Below are positions 51,155 to 64,000 of a stretch of 64,000 bases of DNA, in pieces (position 1 is the first letter of the stretch; each line of letters starts with the position of its first letter). Origin of the DNA: Lama guanicoe (taxonomy: Eukaryota); contig MU056000.1 of assembly GCA_013239625.1 (NCBI GenBank), positions 12,909,175 to 12,973,174 on the forward strand, written 5' to 3'. The notes below the pieces were generated by a model. That model did no database searches and had not been told where the DNA came from. It saw only the letters and a list, made by a program, of their open reading frames with translations. Made by a program: the position numbers and the translations under genes.

Positions 51155-51499
51155 TGAATATGATAGATCAGTACTCTCCCTCGTGGGGTATGTTGCATTA
51201 TGGTGAAGGGAGGTAGACAATAAATAAAAAGGGTGAAGAACTGAGGAAAGTATGTACTCTATCTTGATAGATGATGGTTTGGCATCAGGCTGCAGACTTG
51301 TTGATGTCATGGTTAAAGTTCACTCTGTTCCAATGAAGCTGAATTAAAACGAGCTGTTTCTCAGAAGAGAAGTTCACCTCGACCAGTTTTTCTCAAGGTT
51401 ACATTTTCAACACGAGACTGAGCAAATCTAGCTTAAAACAGGACAGTTTCTAACCAATTGTGCTGCTTCTTCACCCACTTATTTCCAGTTCTTGAAAGA

Positions 51500-52196
51500 T
51501 TAAAAGTGACCTTTTGAAAATATTAATCAGATTACATCACTTCCTTGCTTTAAAAATCTTTGCATGATTGCTCATCTAGAATACAATACAGTGTTCCAAC
51601 AAGAACTCCAAGGCCCATTGCTAACTGGAACCTCCTTCCTTTCCAACTTGGTGTGACTCTACCCTCCCTTCTGCTTCCTTAAAATGCCATCCTTACTAAG
51701 TTCCCACCTGGACCCATTTTCCTCTTAAATACTTCAAGCTCTTTATTACCTCAGGGCCTTTGCACTCGCTATCCTGTCTCAGGATTTATCTCCTAAGTGT
51801 TCTTTTAAATGGCTGTGATAATCAGCACTAGGAAAAGATTTTAACAAAACAAGCAGTGGTAAGATGCATGCTCTTTATTCTTCCATCAAATATCCCCATG
51901 GCTCTTCTCTCTTCCTCCCTTAGTTCAGTTCTTTAACCAAAAGTCCCTTTCATCCAGGCCTTCCTTGTCCTCTGTGTAACATGCATGTCCTTTCTTGCTT
52001 TTGCCCCCTTTGTATTTATCATGGATGTACAATCACTCTCTTACAATGTTGTTAGGTGTTTGTATTTCAAACCAGAGTATAATCTTCATGAAGGCAGGGA
52101 TGTTTGCCCCTTTTGTTCATTGTTCTATCTTCAGCACTGAAGCAATGCCTGGCCCATAATGACACTAAATAAATACTTGATGAATGAGTGAATAAG
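51500..52196 (+). mobile_element. L2 LINE 3' region
   Basis: atcagattacatcacttccttgcttta, cctcagggcctttgcact, catgaaggcaggga, tgcctggc..ataaatacttgatgaatgagtgaa. Confidence 0.85.
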
Positions 52197-52779
52197 AGCA
52201 TAGGTAATATTTACAAAATGCCAACACTGTTTTGTTAAAATTGTAAAGAGCTCTAATGGACGTTCACATCACCTTATTTTAAATTCTAAGTATATCATAT
52301 ATCTACTACACAACTCACAAACTGGCATTTTCTTTTTCTAGATTTAGAAATATTTTTAAAATTTGGATATCATTTCCCATTCACTGAAATCTACTTGAGG
52401 AATCATGTTGAAATTTTTGCTGGGCCAATCATTCTGTTCACCACTGAGGGTGAATGAGATTTTAACTTTTAATATAATAAAGCACAAACAGAGACTGTAT
52501 GTGTATTTCTTATTCCAAAGCTAGACTTCCTGAGCTAGGGTTTAGCCTTTAAAATTTAAATGAAGGATTTTATTTAGCTCTGCATGAGGCAGTCTATATA
52601 AATTATCCATTGATTATTGATGAATTATTAAATTAATATTTATGATGATTATTCAGTGAAGTCATTTAAGGCATTTAGTTAGCACTGGATTCTTTTTAAC
52701 ATCAATTATTATTGAGAAGCTAGGGTAAGTGTTATTATAACAAAATGTTTTTTGCTGCCATAGTCAGAGCAGAACATTG

Positions 52780-52990
52780 GGTTACATTTGGTACTCTTTG
52801 GCTCAACTCCAATGAAACCTACTGCAGTGAATTTGGGGGAAAAGGTGGATAAACTAGAAGAATGGTGAGATGCTGATAGAATTCAAGGAAGCCCTGAAAG
52901 AAAGACATTGGCTGAGACAGATAATAAGGCAATATCACGAAATTTTGCAGCAGGAACTGGATTCCAATCAACTTCCATGTTTCTCTGATA
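52780..52990 (-). mobile_element. Possible very old MaLR LTR fragment
   Basis: gaaacctact..gtgaatttggggg aaaagg..agaagaatggtgagatgctgatagaatt resembles the antisense start of old MLT1 LTRs. Confidence 0.35.
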
Positions 52991-53769
52991 GAGAGTCAGC
53001 CTGGATAGAGACTCATACCTGTGCCCCCAGGGGAGCAAGTGCTGCGGAGGAAGCCAGAGGCCCATGTGCACAAAGGAAGGGGAAGTGTGGCAAGACAGCC
53101 AGAGCAAAAGGAGCCATTTTGCTGATGGGTAAAATAGGCTAAGGTCTGTACCTAATGCCAGGAAATCATTGAAAACAGGACTAAAACATCAACTCATGGA
53201 GTTGGTATTCTAATGCTTAAAAGGCAGGTTTTTAAAGAAATTGTTTTCGTTTCATTTTCTTTGAGTTGTATTTAAATGATTGATAATTTTCAGAACTCAG
53301 AAATATTTGTGGACCTAATAAAGCCTGAGATCACTACTTACAGCCAATCAGACAAAAATCTGAGGATATAACCTAACAATACTCCTGATCTTTTTTGACA
53401 GGGAATGTTGCCAAGCTGTGCAAGACAAAAATGATCTCTATTTGTTTGGGGGAATATCTAAGATGAAAGTATCATTGTAATTCCAATGAAAATAAGCTTT
53501 CCTGGTGCTCATCTCTCTAACATTGAAAACTTGAGCAATGTTAGTGACATTCCCGTTGTTAAATCTCACATTCTGGGTAAACGTACGTAGTATTACCCTG
53601 CTTATGTCTGTCATGGACACAGTATCCCTCTCATATTTCTGTATTTTTTTAGTGCATGTATGGTCATAGGGAGAGTTTTTCTCATAGAAATAAAAGAATC
53701 AAGTGAGTCTGTCCCTATATTTATGGTGTTTCCTCCCACTGTCTACAGTTTAATTATGTGAACGTCCAT

Positions 53770-54560
53770 GAGATGGTTTCCTTGGTAACCAAAAGGAGCT
53801 CAGATCTGAGTGGCTATACCACAGGCTCACACTTTCAGGCATCGATTGCTTTTAAAAATTAACTGTTCAGTGGAATATTCAGTAGAACACATGAAAAAAC
53901 CGAATACCCATTTTGCTATAGAACTAACATCTTGCTAGTGTTTTTCCTCTTGAGCATTTTAGCATCTTGCTCCACGCTAATTAGTTACAATTCGGGGGAA
54001 ATTGTTATTTATTATAGATGCCATTTGAGAAAGCTATGGTAGTGAGGCAGTTCCCGTTCCCAAATCCATTTACAATTAATTGCAATATTCCATAACTATC
54101 ATTTGAATAACATCTAACGCTCAGATGTCTAATGATACCAAATCACAGAATAAACAAAACGAAACAGTGTGCCATCACGCGCCACGCCGCCACAGGCAAA
54201 GGCTAAATAAACGTCAGAGGTAATGACAAATTGACTGATTTTAGTAGAATCAAATATGTTGTAAACAGCAGCTGGTTATCATTGTTCATTATGAAATAGT
54301 AGCAAAATGTCTTCATTCTGATTTCTAGCTTATCTCTGTGGCCTTATTCCCCGTTAAAACTGTAAACAGTGTCTCCTGCTGAATTCACTTCTGTTGAACT
54401 GCCATTTTTCTTTTATCCGGCTGTACTCCTGACTCTCCCAGACCCCTTTTGTCCCACTATGTTTGTTATCTGAAATATTTGATTTTAATGACATTTTCTG
54501 TGCAATGCATGTAGCACTCTGGGAAACAATTTGTCACATTTTTGAAATGAGGAAATATAG
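53770..54560. promoter_or_regulatory. Candidate non-coding enhancer (RFX, FOX, SOX, E-box motifs) in repeat-free DNA
   Basis: gtttccttggtaac 53776-53789; tgtaaaca twice (about 54260 and 54361); cagctg; cattgtt; CpG cluster cacgcgccacgccgcc at about 54176-54191. Confidence 0.4.
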
Positions 54561-55120
54561 CTTACTACAGGAGCTGACCAAAGGATGAAGAGAGGCTAGT
54601 GGGTGGAAACTGATAATAGCCTATTTATGTGAAACTTCTCTGGCACCTTAGTGATCATTTTAATAAATATGTTATTTTTTTTCTATTCAGCCTCAACATT
54701 TCTGTGAGATTTAGGTAGTGAGTGATAACACTCTGTCAAGTTCATAGCCTCCTGTCTTTTCTGGATAGTTTCTCTAAAATCTAATCAAATTGACTCTATA
54801 TCCCTCGCCAGGAAAGCTGGAATGACAGCTCATGTGGTGTTTCTATTGCATCATCAGTTTCTCCTCCCACCTCTATCCTTCCCAGGCAATGCCGTGTTCC
54901 TGGCACGCTTTGAGTAGCTCTGTCAAAATGACTGAGTCACTTTGTCCTAGTCTCTTCCTCTATCACTGAATTAAATGCTTAAAGCTCTGCTTTCCTCCTG
55001 TAGCACTCACTACTCACATTATCTGCCACTGCCTTTGGAGATTAACCATCGGAAAATAAAAGATGGAGCAAACTCTCGTTCAACTAAACATCTTTTCTGA
55101 CTCCAGGTCTTTCACTGTTG

Positions 55121-55263
55121 ATTTTTTTTCCTTCTTTTCTTTTCTTTCCTTCTTTTCTTTTCTTTCTTTCTTTCCTTCCTTCCCTTTCTTTCTTTACTTC
55201 CTTCCTTCCTTCCTTTCTTCCTTCTTTCTTTCTTCCTCTCTTTCTTCCTCTCTTTCTCTCTCC

Positions 55264-55326
<63 letters not shown>

Positions 55327-55339
55327 TCCTTCCTTCTTT

Positions 55340-55375
<36 letters not shown>

Positions 55376-55399
55376 TTTTCTTTCTTTCCTTCCTTCTTT

Positions 55400-55471
<72 letters not shown>

Positions 55472-55518
55472 TCCTTCTTTCTTTCTTTTCCTTCCTTCCT
55501 TCCTTCCTTCCTCTCTAT
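55121..55518. repeat. About 400-bp polypyrimidine (TTTC)n/(TTCC)n compound microsatellite
   Basis: Almost pure C/T; generates the low-complexity ORFs at 55063-55588. Confidence 0.97.
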
Positions 55519-56179
55519 CTGGTACATTGAAATTACGCTTAATACTGGCAAAGATACACTCTCACCTTGTACATCCCCTCAAATTTGAAATTCTGTGGAA
55601 AAGATGTAGTATTTCACTTGTTTACCAAATAATAGCTTTTGAGTTAGTGCATGTAAAAGCAGATTCCTTTTCCTTGATTATGTAAGATCCAAATGCTGAG
55701 GCAGATCTCATCTGCTAGGATCTGGCAGAAACTTAGTGGCCAGGTAGTTTCCTTCCTTTTTTTTTTTTCGCTGACATATCAAAAAAATTAAAATACTGGC
55801 ATATTCTGAGATATATTTCAAGAGGTCTGCAAATTCTATGCATTGAGTTAAAAGGCAGTCACGTAGATGATCCAGACTACTATGACATAATTTCACCTAG
55901 AATGGCCTTATCTCTGAATTCTGTCAGTGCTCATGTTGGCAATGGGTTTCAAATGACTATATTACCAAAGGGATGCACAAAAAGAGGCTTCAAGCAGTTT
56001 CTACCAGGAAGCAAAGTTGTTATGTTGAGTCTTAAGGCACAGCATTGATGAATGAGCCAACAACGCCACAATTTTAGTTAAGAAATCTATTTCTTATTCA
56101 GGTCATGGAACCAATCATTCCAACCGGATCACTGAATGAATGTTTAACAGCATATGACAATTCATTTGCATTGCTTCTT

Positions 56180-58870
56180 CTAAGTAAGTGAAATCTAAAC
56201 TGAGACCTGAAGGAAAAGAGAGGGTGAGGAAATTAAGCAGAGGTCTTAAGTTGGGAAAGAACTGATCATTGATACAGAGCTGATAAAAAGACAGCCCATC
56301 AGGAGTAAAGTGAGCTGGGCAGTAATATAACCAGATAGGCTGGAATATAAGCTAGGCCCAGTTTAAACAGAGCCTTATAAAATAGTTTTAATTCCACCCT
56401 AGAGGAATAATAAGTTAAAGAAGGTTTTTTAAATATTAGAACAGCAATATCTGATATATGTTCAAAGCACCACTTTGATATTGGAAGGAAAGTAGATTAA
56501 GAGGGGAACGAGAGTGGAACCATGCACATTAATAAAGAGGCTATTTCAGGGCTGGGGAGAGGTGAGATTGTGACCTGGGAAGATGACAGTAGAGCCATGA
56601 AAAATCAGAGAGTCCAGATATGTGGTAGAGAAGGAATTAACAGGGCTTGCTGATAGAGGAGCTATTTGAGTAAAGGAAAGAGTGGAATAAGATGGCCCTA
56701 AGGCTTCTGGGTTGAGTAGTTCCCTGGATAATCATGTAAACCAGGTGGTAAAAAGTGAGATATTACTAGGATTTAAGGGGGAATTCAAGGGCTTTGTTTG
56801 GACATAATGGGGTTGAAGTATCTGTAAGGCAATTTGGTAGAAATGACAAAAGGGGTTGGGTATATCAATCTGAATCTCATCGAAATGTCCAGGTTGGGTA
56901 CGTTAAATCTGAGAGTCATAAAGATATAATGGGAGCTGATGCTGTGTGAATGAATGGGGCCACAGGGTGAGCATGCCAGAGAAATTATGAGAGGACATAA
57001 GACTAAATGCTGAGGAACTCCAAATTTAGATATTGGCCCAAGAATGAGAAGCAAGTGGAAAAAAAAAAAAACTAACTAAGGAAGGGACAGTAAGGGAGAA
57101 GGAAAACTAGGAAAATGTGGCATCATGAAAGTCAAGACAGAAGATTCCAAGAAGAAGTCTTCAATATTTTCAAAGGTTACTGAGAAGTAAAGGAAAGTGA
57201 GAAAAACTACAAAATTCTCCTGCATATGGAACATACAGATCATGGAGAAGCATGGAGATGCCTGGAGGTCCTGATTCACTCTCCTAGACTTCTGCTGTAA
57301 GAGTTTGTGTGGCAGTTGTATTTAAGAGTGAGTGGGAAATGAGAAATTGGAGATTTTGTGTATAGACAACTCTTTTGTTCAGATCAGTTTTGAAATACAA
57401 AAGATGCTGGAAGGAAGGTATGGTGTTATGAGAGGATATTCCTAGAATAAGATACAGTAGATTATATTTGGTTTCAAAAGGAATAGTCCAGAAAAGAAAG
57501 AGATTAACAATGTAGTTCAAAGAAAACGAGATAACTGCAAGAGAGCAAAATCCTTGAGAAAGTTATAGAAGATGGGATCCAGACCCTGAAAGGGGTTATC
57601 GACCAAGCTTAAGGGAATGGATGCATACTGTTGTAATGAAAGGTACTGGAAATAAACAGTTTGTTAACTGAATGCCTGTGTGTCGAGGAGGTGGTAGGGT
57701 AAATGTAGAATTTTTAAGGAGAATGAAGGCGAGAACACTTAAGAAAAACAAACCATTTCCAAGAACTGTTGAAACTCTTAATGTTTTTGATCAAGCATTT
57801 AAAGTGAAACTGCTCAGGTATAATTTTCTTTAGAAATGTTCGGATGCTCTCATGCAGTAAAGGAAAAGGATGATATTTGGTCTCATTCAGGGTTGATTTT
57901 TTTTTTTACTGGGATGTTTTCAGGACAGCAATTATAATAATTGAGCATGAAATATAAACTGGGAAGGGAGACACATGAAAATAAGATAAGGCTACTGATA
58001 GGAAGAAATTGATAGAATTGATTGATTAGAAATTTTGATGAGGTGAAAACACTGTTAATATGTAGATATAAGAACAAGCACGTTAGAATGATAAGAGAAA
58101 TTGGATATTTCAAATTGAGATATTTTTGGTGATAAAAGTATATAAATTATCTATTTTATATGTAGTACTTAGTATCTGCAAATCTCGAACTCTCAGTTTA
58201 TCCCTTCTTATCCCCCTCTCTCCTAGTAACCATAAATTTGTTTTCTACAAGTTTATATTGTATAGCATAGGGAACTATATTCAATATTTTGCAGCAACCT
58301 ATAATAAAAATATGAAAATGAATATATATGTATACATATGACTGAACTATTATGCTGTACACCAGAAATTGACACAACATTGTAAATTGACTATACTTCA
58401 ATTTAAAAAAAAGTGTATAAATTATAATCATGGAAGTAGAATCTGGAAGTGAGTGGAAGTAAAAATGACTTGACCTCCAGGATGGAGAAGAGGTACATAA
58501 TAAAGAGACATCCGCAAGGATTTTGGACCCACCAAGAAACATTAGGAGTCAGGAGATAGAGTTTTTAAAACACAGAGGTGCCGAGGGTGTTGGTATATAG
58601 TAGAATTAAGGAAGAAGGATAGTATTCTTGAAAGCATTTGTCTCAAAGAGACAGAGATTTTTTGTTGTTGTTGCCCTAGGGGAGAACAAAGAGGAAGAAA
58701 TAGTTTAAAAGAGGTAACTGAGAGCAAGGAGAACAGTTTCCACATTTTCTATCCTTGTGGCATTAAAGACCATGGAAGAAAACAAATCAAACAGAAAATT
58801 CAGATTCATACAGTAAAAGTCAGTTTTCAGTTAGCATACAAAAATGGTGCAAATAAGATGGGATCAAAGA
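56180..58870 (-). mobile_element. Long L2 LINE remnant, interrupted by an L1
   Basis: aactgagacctgaagga, gaggctatttcaggg, tttggacataatggggttgaagtatctgtaagg, ctgaggaactccaaatttag, tgtggcatcatgaaagtcaag; purine-rich throughout. Confidence 0.8.
58151..58408 (+). mobile_element. 5'-inverted (twin-primed) camelid-type L1 3' UTR insertion with 17-bp TSD
   Basis: 58151-58246 is antisense L1 3' UTR and 58247-58408 is sense with an A tail. TSD aaaagtatataaattat (58134-58150) / aaaagtgtataaattat (58409-58425). Confidence 0.9.
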
Positions 58871-58886
58871 TATAAGGACCTTTACT

Positions 58887-59080
58887 AGTAATAGTTACCA
58901 TTTGCATTTATTTTCTGATTTGATTATCATAATTATCCAACAAGGTAGAAGCCAGGATTGTCTCTATTTTACAAGTGAGGAACTCAAAGCACTAAAATGT
59001 TGAATAACTTTCCCAAGGTCACCTATCTAGTAAACATTGTTGCCAGTATTTAAAATCACTCTGTATTACTTCAGATTCTG
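58887..59080 (-). mobile_element. MIR SINE
   Basis: ctattttacaagtgaggaactcaaagcactaaaatgttgaataactttcccaaggtcacctatctagtaa. Confidence 0.8.
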
Positions 59081-59388
59081 AGCTGCAAGGCCATCTGTCC
59101 CCCAAAATTGAAAGACTGACTTTAATCTGGGAGTATATGCTACCAAAAGAGGGTAGCATTGGGAGTGATGACGGATGAATGGAGAGGATAACTTTAGGGC
59201 AGCAATCAAAATACTAAACATGTGAGATCTGATAGTTTGATCCTCAATTAGAGGAGACGAATGCAATTAGTTCTACAACAGTGGTTGAAAATGCATTTCA
59301 TTGTGGCAAGGATGCTTCTGGAATAGTCACTTTGTAAGTTGCACATATGGGTGACAATCACAGAAACATGGGTAAAATTTGTATAGAG

Positions 59389-59765
59389 TGTAGTAGACAT
59401 TTCTAGTTCCACAAATATCTGGTTCTCCCTTCCTTGTTGGCCATAGAAAAGAAAGAAAGAGAAAATATACTTCCAGGATACTTGAAGTTAGGTATAGAGA
59501 CATGATTAATTCTGGCCAAAGTGAGAAGAAGTAGGAATGCATGGTTCTTCTAAGCTAAGGCAGTTGAAAGTCCTCAAGCAATTCTCCAATGTCATGGCGA
59601 AAATGGAGGTCTCAATGGTCAACTGACCTAGCGGCAAGAGAATATTAGTTGGATTGCATGGTGGTTACTAGCGTGAAATGCTGCAGGAAGGACAGATGCC
59701 CTGGAAAGTCACTTCCTCTGGCAGGAGAGTTATGGTGTTAAGTCACTGATACAGTCTAACTGATC
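59389..59765 (+). mobile_element. MaLR LTR (MLT1H/I/J-like)
   Basis: tgtagtagaca...ttctcccttcc...acttgaagttaggtatagagacatgattaattctggccaa...tatggtgttaagtcactga. Confidence 0.7.
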
Positions 59766-61459
59766 TTCAAAACCAGAGAGAGTGAGATGAGGGACCAGAT
59801 GCAGAGAATAACATGGCAAAGGCATCATGCTTAGAATGAGAAAGTAGACCTTGTCTAAAATTCAGTAGAAGAGATTCTTCTAACTCAATGCTTCTAACTT
59901 TATTTCTTCTCGTATTACCTGCAATTGTAATGTACATTGGAAATCTATTAACAAGTGTGTTTTTTGAAGCTTTTTTCCCCCATGGAACACTTCACATCTC
60001 TAGAAATTATAATTCGGGAAAAGCTTTTCTAAATCTCATTTTTAAATGTGTTCAGTTATTATATTAACTATAACCACTACTCTTAATTATCCACTCTTAT
60101 GTCAGCTAGATAAAATTATCCACCAAGAGAGGTGGTGAACACTGGTGAGGAAGATATGAGAATAGTTCATTTTTTAAAAAAAATTCTGTCTCAGGAGATT
60201 CAAACTACTTCAGGGAGAATTTCAACTCATCTATCCATTAATTCATGCATTTATACTGACTGACCGAGTTACTCGATCACAGAAATAAAGGATGCTTGAG
60301 TAACTTGCTTCTCAAGGAATTTCAGGGAAAATTGCACTATAATGGTATGGCTTCTGATTTTATATAGTATGAAGTCCTCCAATGATATAGTTAAAATTAT
60401 TCCTACCAATAAGTGTGTTTTTGGTTGACAATCATAGTGATTAAATTTATAATTTTAACATCTGTTTATGAATCTCACCAGTACTCAATTTACAGAACCC
60501 TACAGAAACAAAAACACACAAGCAAAAGTACCTACTCAGGCAGACATAATAGTTTCTTGCTTATAATAAGTTTATATTGTTTTCAGGAAAAGTTTAATAC
60601 ATGGAAGCTAAATTGTATTAAATGAGTTGCCTCAAGACCTGTTAGTGAATTCCAAAGAAAGGCCAAGAAAAGGGAATGTTTCTTTCTTCTTTCATGTCAG
60701 TCTCACTGTGACTTGACTGTTTGGTAAGAGAGAAGGACTTGCTAACATTCTTAGCCAGAGATGCACAAATGGATTTGAAAGAAATTGCAAGTAGAAATAA
60801 TCTATTTCTGTGCTCCAAGGAATATAGAGTCTCTATTCTCCTGCGTTTTTTTCCTGTATATGACTTCTCACATTTTCTGCTCCCCATACCACAAAGATAT
60901 CTAAAAATTGGTGTCTCTCTTTCTGTTTTTTACCTCCTCTGAGTAGCAAAACAAGTTTGAATCTCCCCAGTAAGGCCAGTCCTCTCTCATTATCTCCTTC
61001 TTTCTCTCTGTTTTTGGCAGTGTAGGATTTGGAGATTCCTGGAAACATGGTCACGGTTCTGTCTTGGTCTTTAACCTCTAGAATGAACAGGCAACAAATT
61101 GTCAAGGCTTTGAGACATTCACTGCTGACTGGAATCACAGGGAAGCATTCAGTGATGAATGGAAGGTGAGCATTGTTTTGGAGGAGGATAGGCAAATAGG
61201 AGGTAGGAGAGTTTTTTAAGATACAGAGCCAGAAGTGAAACTAGGTAATTAAAGTAGACACAGAAGCAGAAAAATGCCTGACACAGTTTTTGGGGCCCTG
61301 TAGAGAACAGGGTGAAGAAATATTGAAAAATATAATTTGGAGGTGAAATGTGAGTGAGCTATAAGCATTGTAGTCACTGGAGAACTTTGGGCTGGATAAT
61401 GAATTTGTACTCCTTTTGGTAGTGTGCACTCCAACTCCTGTACAATTTCACTTCATGTG

Positions 61460-62697
61460 CATCAAGGTTTTTTTTAGGAAAGTTTTTTATACTCACTCTC
61501 TCTATTTTTTTATTTCTCATCCACGTTTCAGCCCACAAGTTCTAGCCTCTATTCTTATTGCCCCATCAGATGGTCACTTGACCTCAGTGGTCCCAATTCC
61601 TCCTATGATGTGATCTCATCCTTATCTCAACCTGTATTTTTCTTAAAGCACTCTACCCTCTGAAGTTGTTAGATAGATCCTTGTTTTATCTGCTAATTTA
61701 ATGATCCTCTCCTTTCTCAAAGTCCTGCAATGGCGCATCTTATGTTACTTGGCTTCTAAGGGTTGAAATTGCTGGCACTGGGTCTAGGATCACATATTCT
61801 TTTATATCTACCTTCTTGCCCATTCTTCTATACACTAAACATTTTAAAATATGTGTCTCAGCTCAGACTTTGGTACTTCTGACTTTAATGTCCGACTTCT
61901 TACGTTGTGTCTCCATTTTGTTTTACCAATACCTAAACCTACTTATCTCACATTAATCATCATCTTACCCAGACGCTCAAGTTAACATGCAGGAATTACC
62001 CTTGATTCCTCATTTTTTAAAGTCCATACTGATTAACCATTTCTTAGTTTTACTTCCAAAATACATCTTAATTCCACTAAGTGCGTCTATCCCCATTTCC
62101 AGGACGTTACTGAAAGCCAGATTATCTTTCACCAGGACTTCTGAAATAGCCATCTATGCAGTCTCTTTAGATCCACTCCAGTCCTCCTGTAATTCTTCAC
62201 AAAATGTCTCCAGTTGTGCTTTTAAACATCCATCAGATAGTGTCTTTTTTTTTTCCTGCTTAAAAGTCTCCATTAGTTTCCCATTAGAATAAATTCAAAG
62301 CCCATTTAAATGCCTACCAGGCTCTGTTCAGTCTCCCTCAACCTTCACCTCATAGCATCACCATGTTTCGCTCTCAGCTTGGGTCATACCCTGGCTTTTC
62401 AAACAGTCCCAATCCTTTCCTACCTCAGATCTCTTGCTGCTCTCTGGGTCTAGAGTCGCACAAGCCCAGTATTATAGCCTCTTATATACTTCCTTTATAG
62501 TGCCTATAATTTTCAGAACTTAATTCATGTGAAGCTTACTGTATATGAAACTAACATTTGTTGTTTATTTTCTACATTAAAATGTAAGCTCAAGGAGTGC
62601 AGGGACCTCACTAGTCTTTATTTGTCACCTTATTCTTAGAGCCTAGAAAATTGCCTGGCAGATGGTCAAATCAATATTTCTTGAATGAATGATTAAT
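61460..62697 (+). mobile_element. L2 LINE 3' region
   Basis: Pyrimidine-rich L2 body ending aatgtaagctc..gagtgcagggacc...agagcctagaaaattgcctggca...atatttcttgaatgaatga. Confidence 0.85.
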
Positions 62698-63221
62698 TGT
62701 TGAACAGGCAATAACTCATAAGGCGGATTGTCAAGCAAAGCATTTTTTAAAAGGAACCATCAACTCGTAGTTAAAATTTCCAATTTTTCCTTTTTTGAAA
62801 AGTTAAAGTTAAATAAATGACAAACTTGTGACTGCTGTTTACATATATTTTTATTTGTTTATTTGGCATTTTATTTTTAAAGCACCATTTTTATTAATAT
62901 GTTATTCTGTCACTCATCCATTTATTGGATCTTCAGTAATACTGTGGTCAACAGTATTTACAAATGGGTAGAGAGGATAAAAAGTTGCATCAGATATGAG
63001 GTTGAGAGTCCAATAAATAGTCTGTATTAACTGTTGCTCTTTCCCTAAAAGCAATTAGATATTTATGAGATTTGCTTGAAGCCTGATGAGTATTAATGCT
63101 TCTTTTCACTTTTTGTGACTTCTTAAACATGAATTTGAGTACAAGCCTTCTGTGTTAAACAGATAAATAAAACAAATTTTTGAAACTTCAGGAAACCATC
63201 ACTTCAAAATGTAAAATTAAA

Positions 63222-63285
63222 TGCATATATATGTATGTGTGTAAAATGTGTATGTACACATATATTACACACATACATATATATG
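63222..63285. repeat. (TA/TG/CA) microsatellite, partly self-complementary
   Basis: atatatatgtatgtgtgtaa ... ttacacacatacatatatat. Confidence 0.85.
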
Positions 63286-63469
63286 AAGAAATAGGATTCA
63301 GGATTTCAAAGGCTGGTAAAATAGATGACTTTTCAGGTCCTTTCAAACCTTGAAATACAGCAGCTGTTGAATTTTACCTGTTGTCTTAGAGTGATCCGAA
63401 ATCACTGCGATCAAGTGGACATTTTCACTTGTTTGATTCAATTGATTCTGTTTTACAAGCAGATTGAAA

Positions 63470-63620
63470 TTCAGCAAATCCACTCAACTGTATGGATGCC
63501 TGCTGCATGCCAGGCTGGGTGCCAGGGAGTCAGGATTCCAAGATGAAGGAAGCATATGCCATGCCCTGGGGCCTTTTATAATCTTGTAAATGAGATTGCC
63601 ATAGCAAACAAAATATGCAC
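63470..63620 (-). mobile_element. L2 3' end fragment
   Basis: atgcctgctgcatgccaggctgggtgccagg..caggattccaagatgaa...tgccctggggcctttt. Confidence 0.6.
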
Positions 63621-64000
63621 TGTATCTGTAATACGAAGAACATCTAAGGTTCAGACATAAAAGCTGAAAAGAAATCTATGGAGAATTTCTTTGCCTGTGT
63701 GGTAAGGAAATGTTATCAGAGAAGCTTACTTAATGCAGCCAAACCAGGTAATACTCTAATTGTAACCACTGAGGGATTTCACCCCTCAAGTCAGTTAAAA
63801 AACATGCTTCTTTTTACCGTCATATCTATCAGTCTAACTATTATTTTCCCAAGGATCTGGGGTTTTGACTATCATTCCCTTCCTCCTCCACTTCTGTTCA
63901 ATGTCACCAGTGGATGCAGTCTGTAAACAAGGCTCAGTGGTGTCTTGGAAGCCCCTTTCACACCAGCGATAGATAGGTTAATCTTGCTGTGCCAAAATCC

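Noticed and set aside
55063..55588. Three overlapping ORFs of about 155 aa (F/L/S-rich and K/E/R-rich)
   Set aside because: Artefacts of the stop-free (TTTC)n microsatellite.
1..64000. A novel multi-gene biological system
   Set aside because: No supportable coding exons, RNA genes or operon-like structure; the content is explained by known mammalian repeat classes plus unique non-coding DNA.

Overview
AT-rich, CpG-depleted mammalian genomic DNA, either intergenic or deep intronic. A tRNA-derived SINE and the young L1 3' UTRs point to a camelid (alpaca/llama/camel); that is an inference from recalled repeat consensus, not a database result. I find no supportable protein-coding exon, RNA gene or CpG island. 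A large part of the window is transposable-element debris: L1, L2, MIR, MaLR/ERVL/ERV1 LTRs, a decayed ERVL provirus with gag-pro-pol relics, and hAT and Mariner MITEs. The recognisable ORFs in the track come from these repeats or from microsatellites. The most interesting details are: a multi-unit palindromic element at 2.8-3.0 kb; two Mariner MADE2-like hairpins 3.3 kb apart; a 1.28-kb composite solo LTR with an internal PPT/LTR junction; a twin-primed (5'-inverted) L1; a probable templated-insertion repair scar; and a CpG-retaining ARE/CRE/HRE motif cluster at 48.75 kb. I do not see evidence for a genuinely novel biological system. All repeat family names come from recall and need RepeatMasker/Dfam confirmation.
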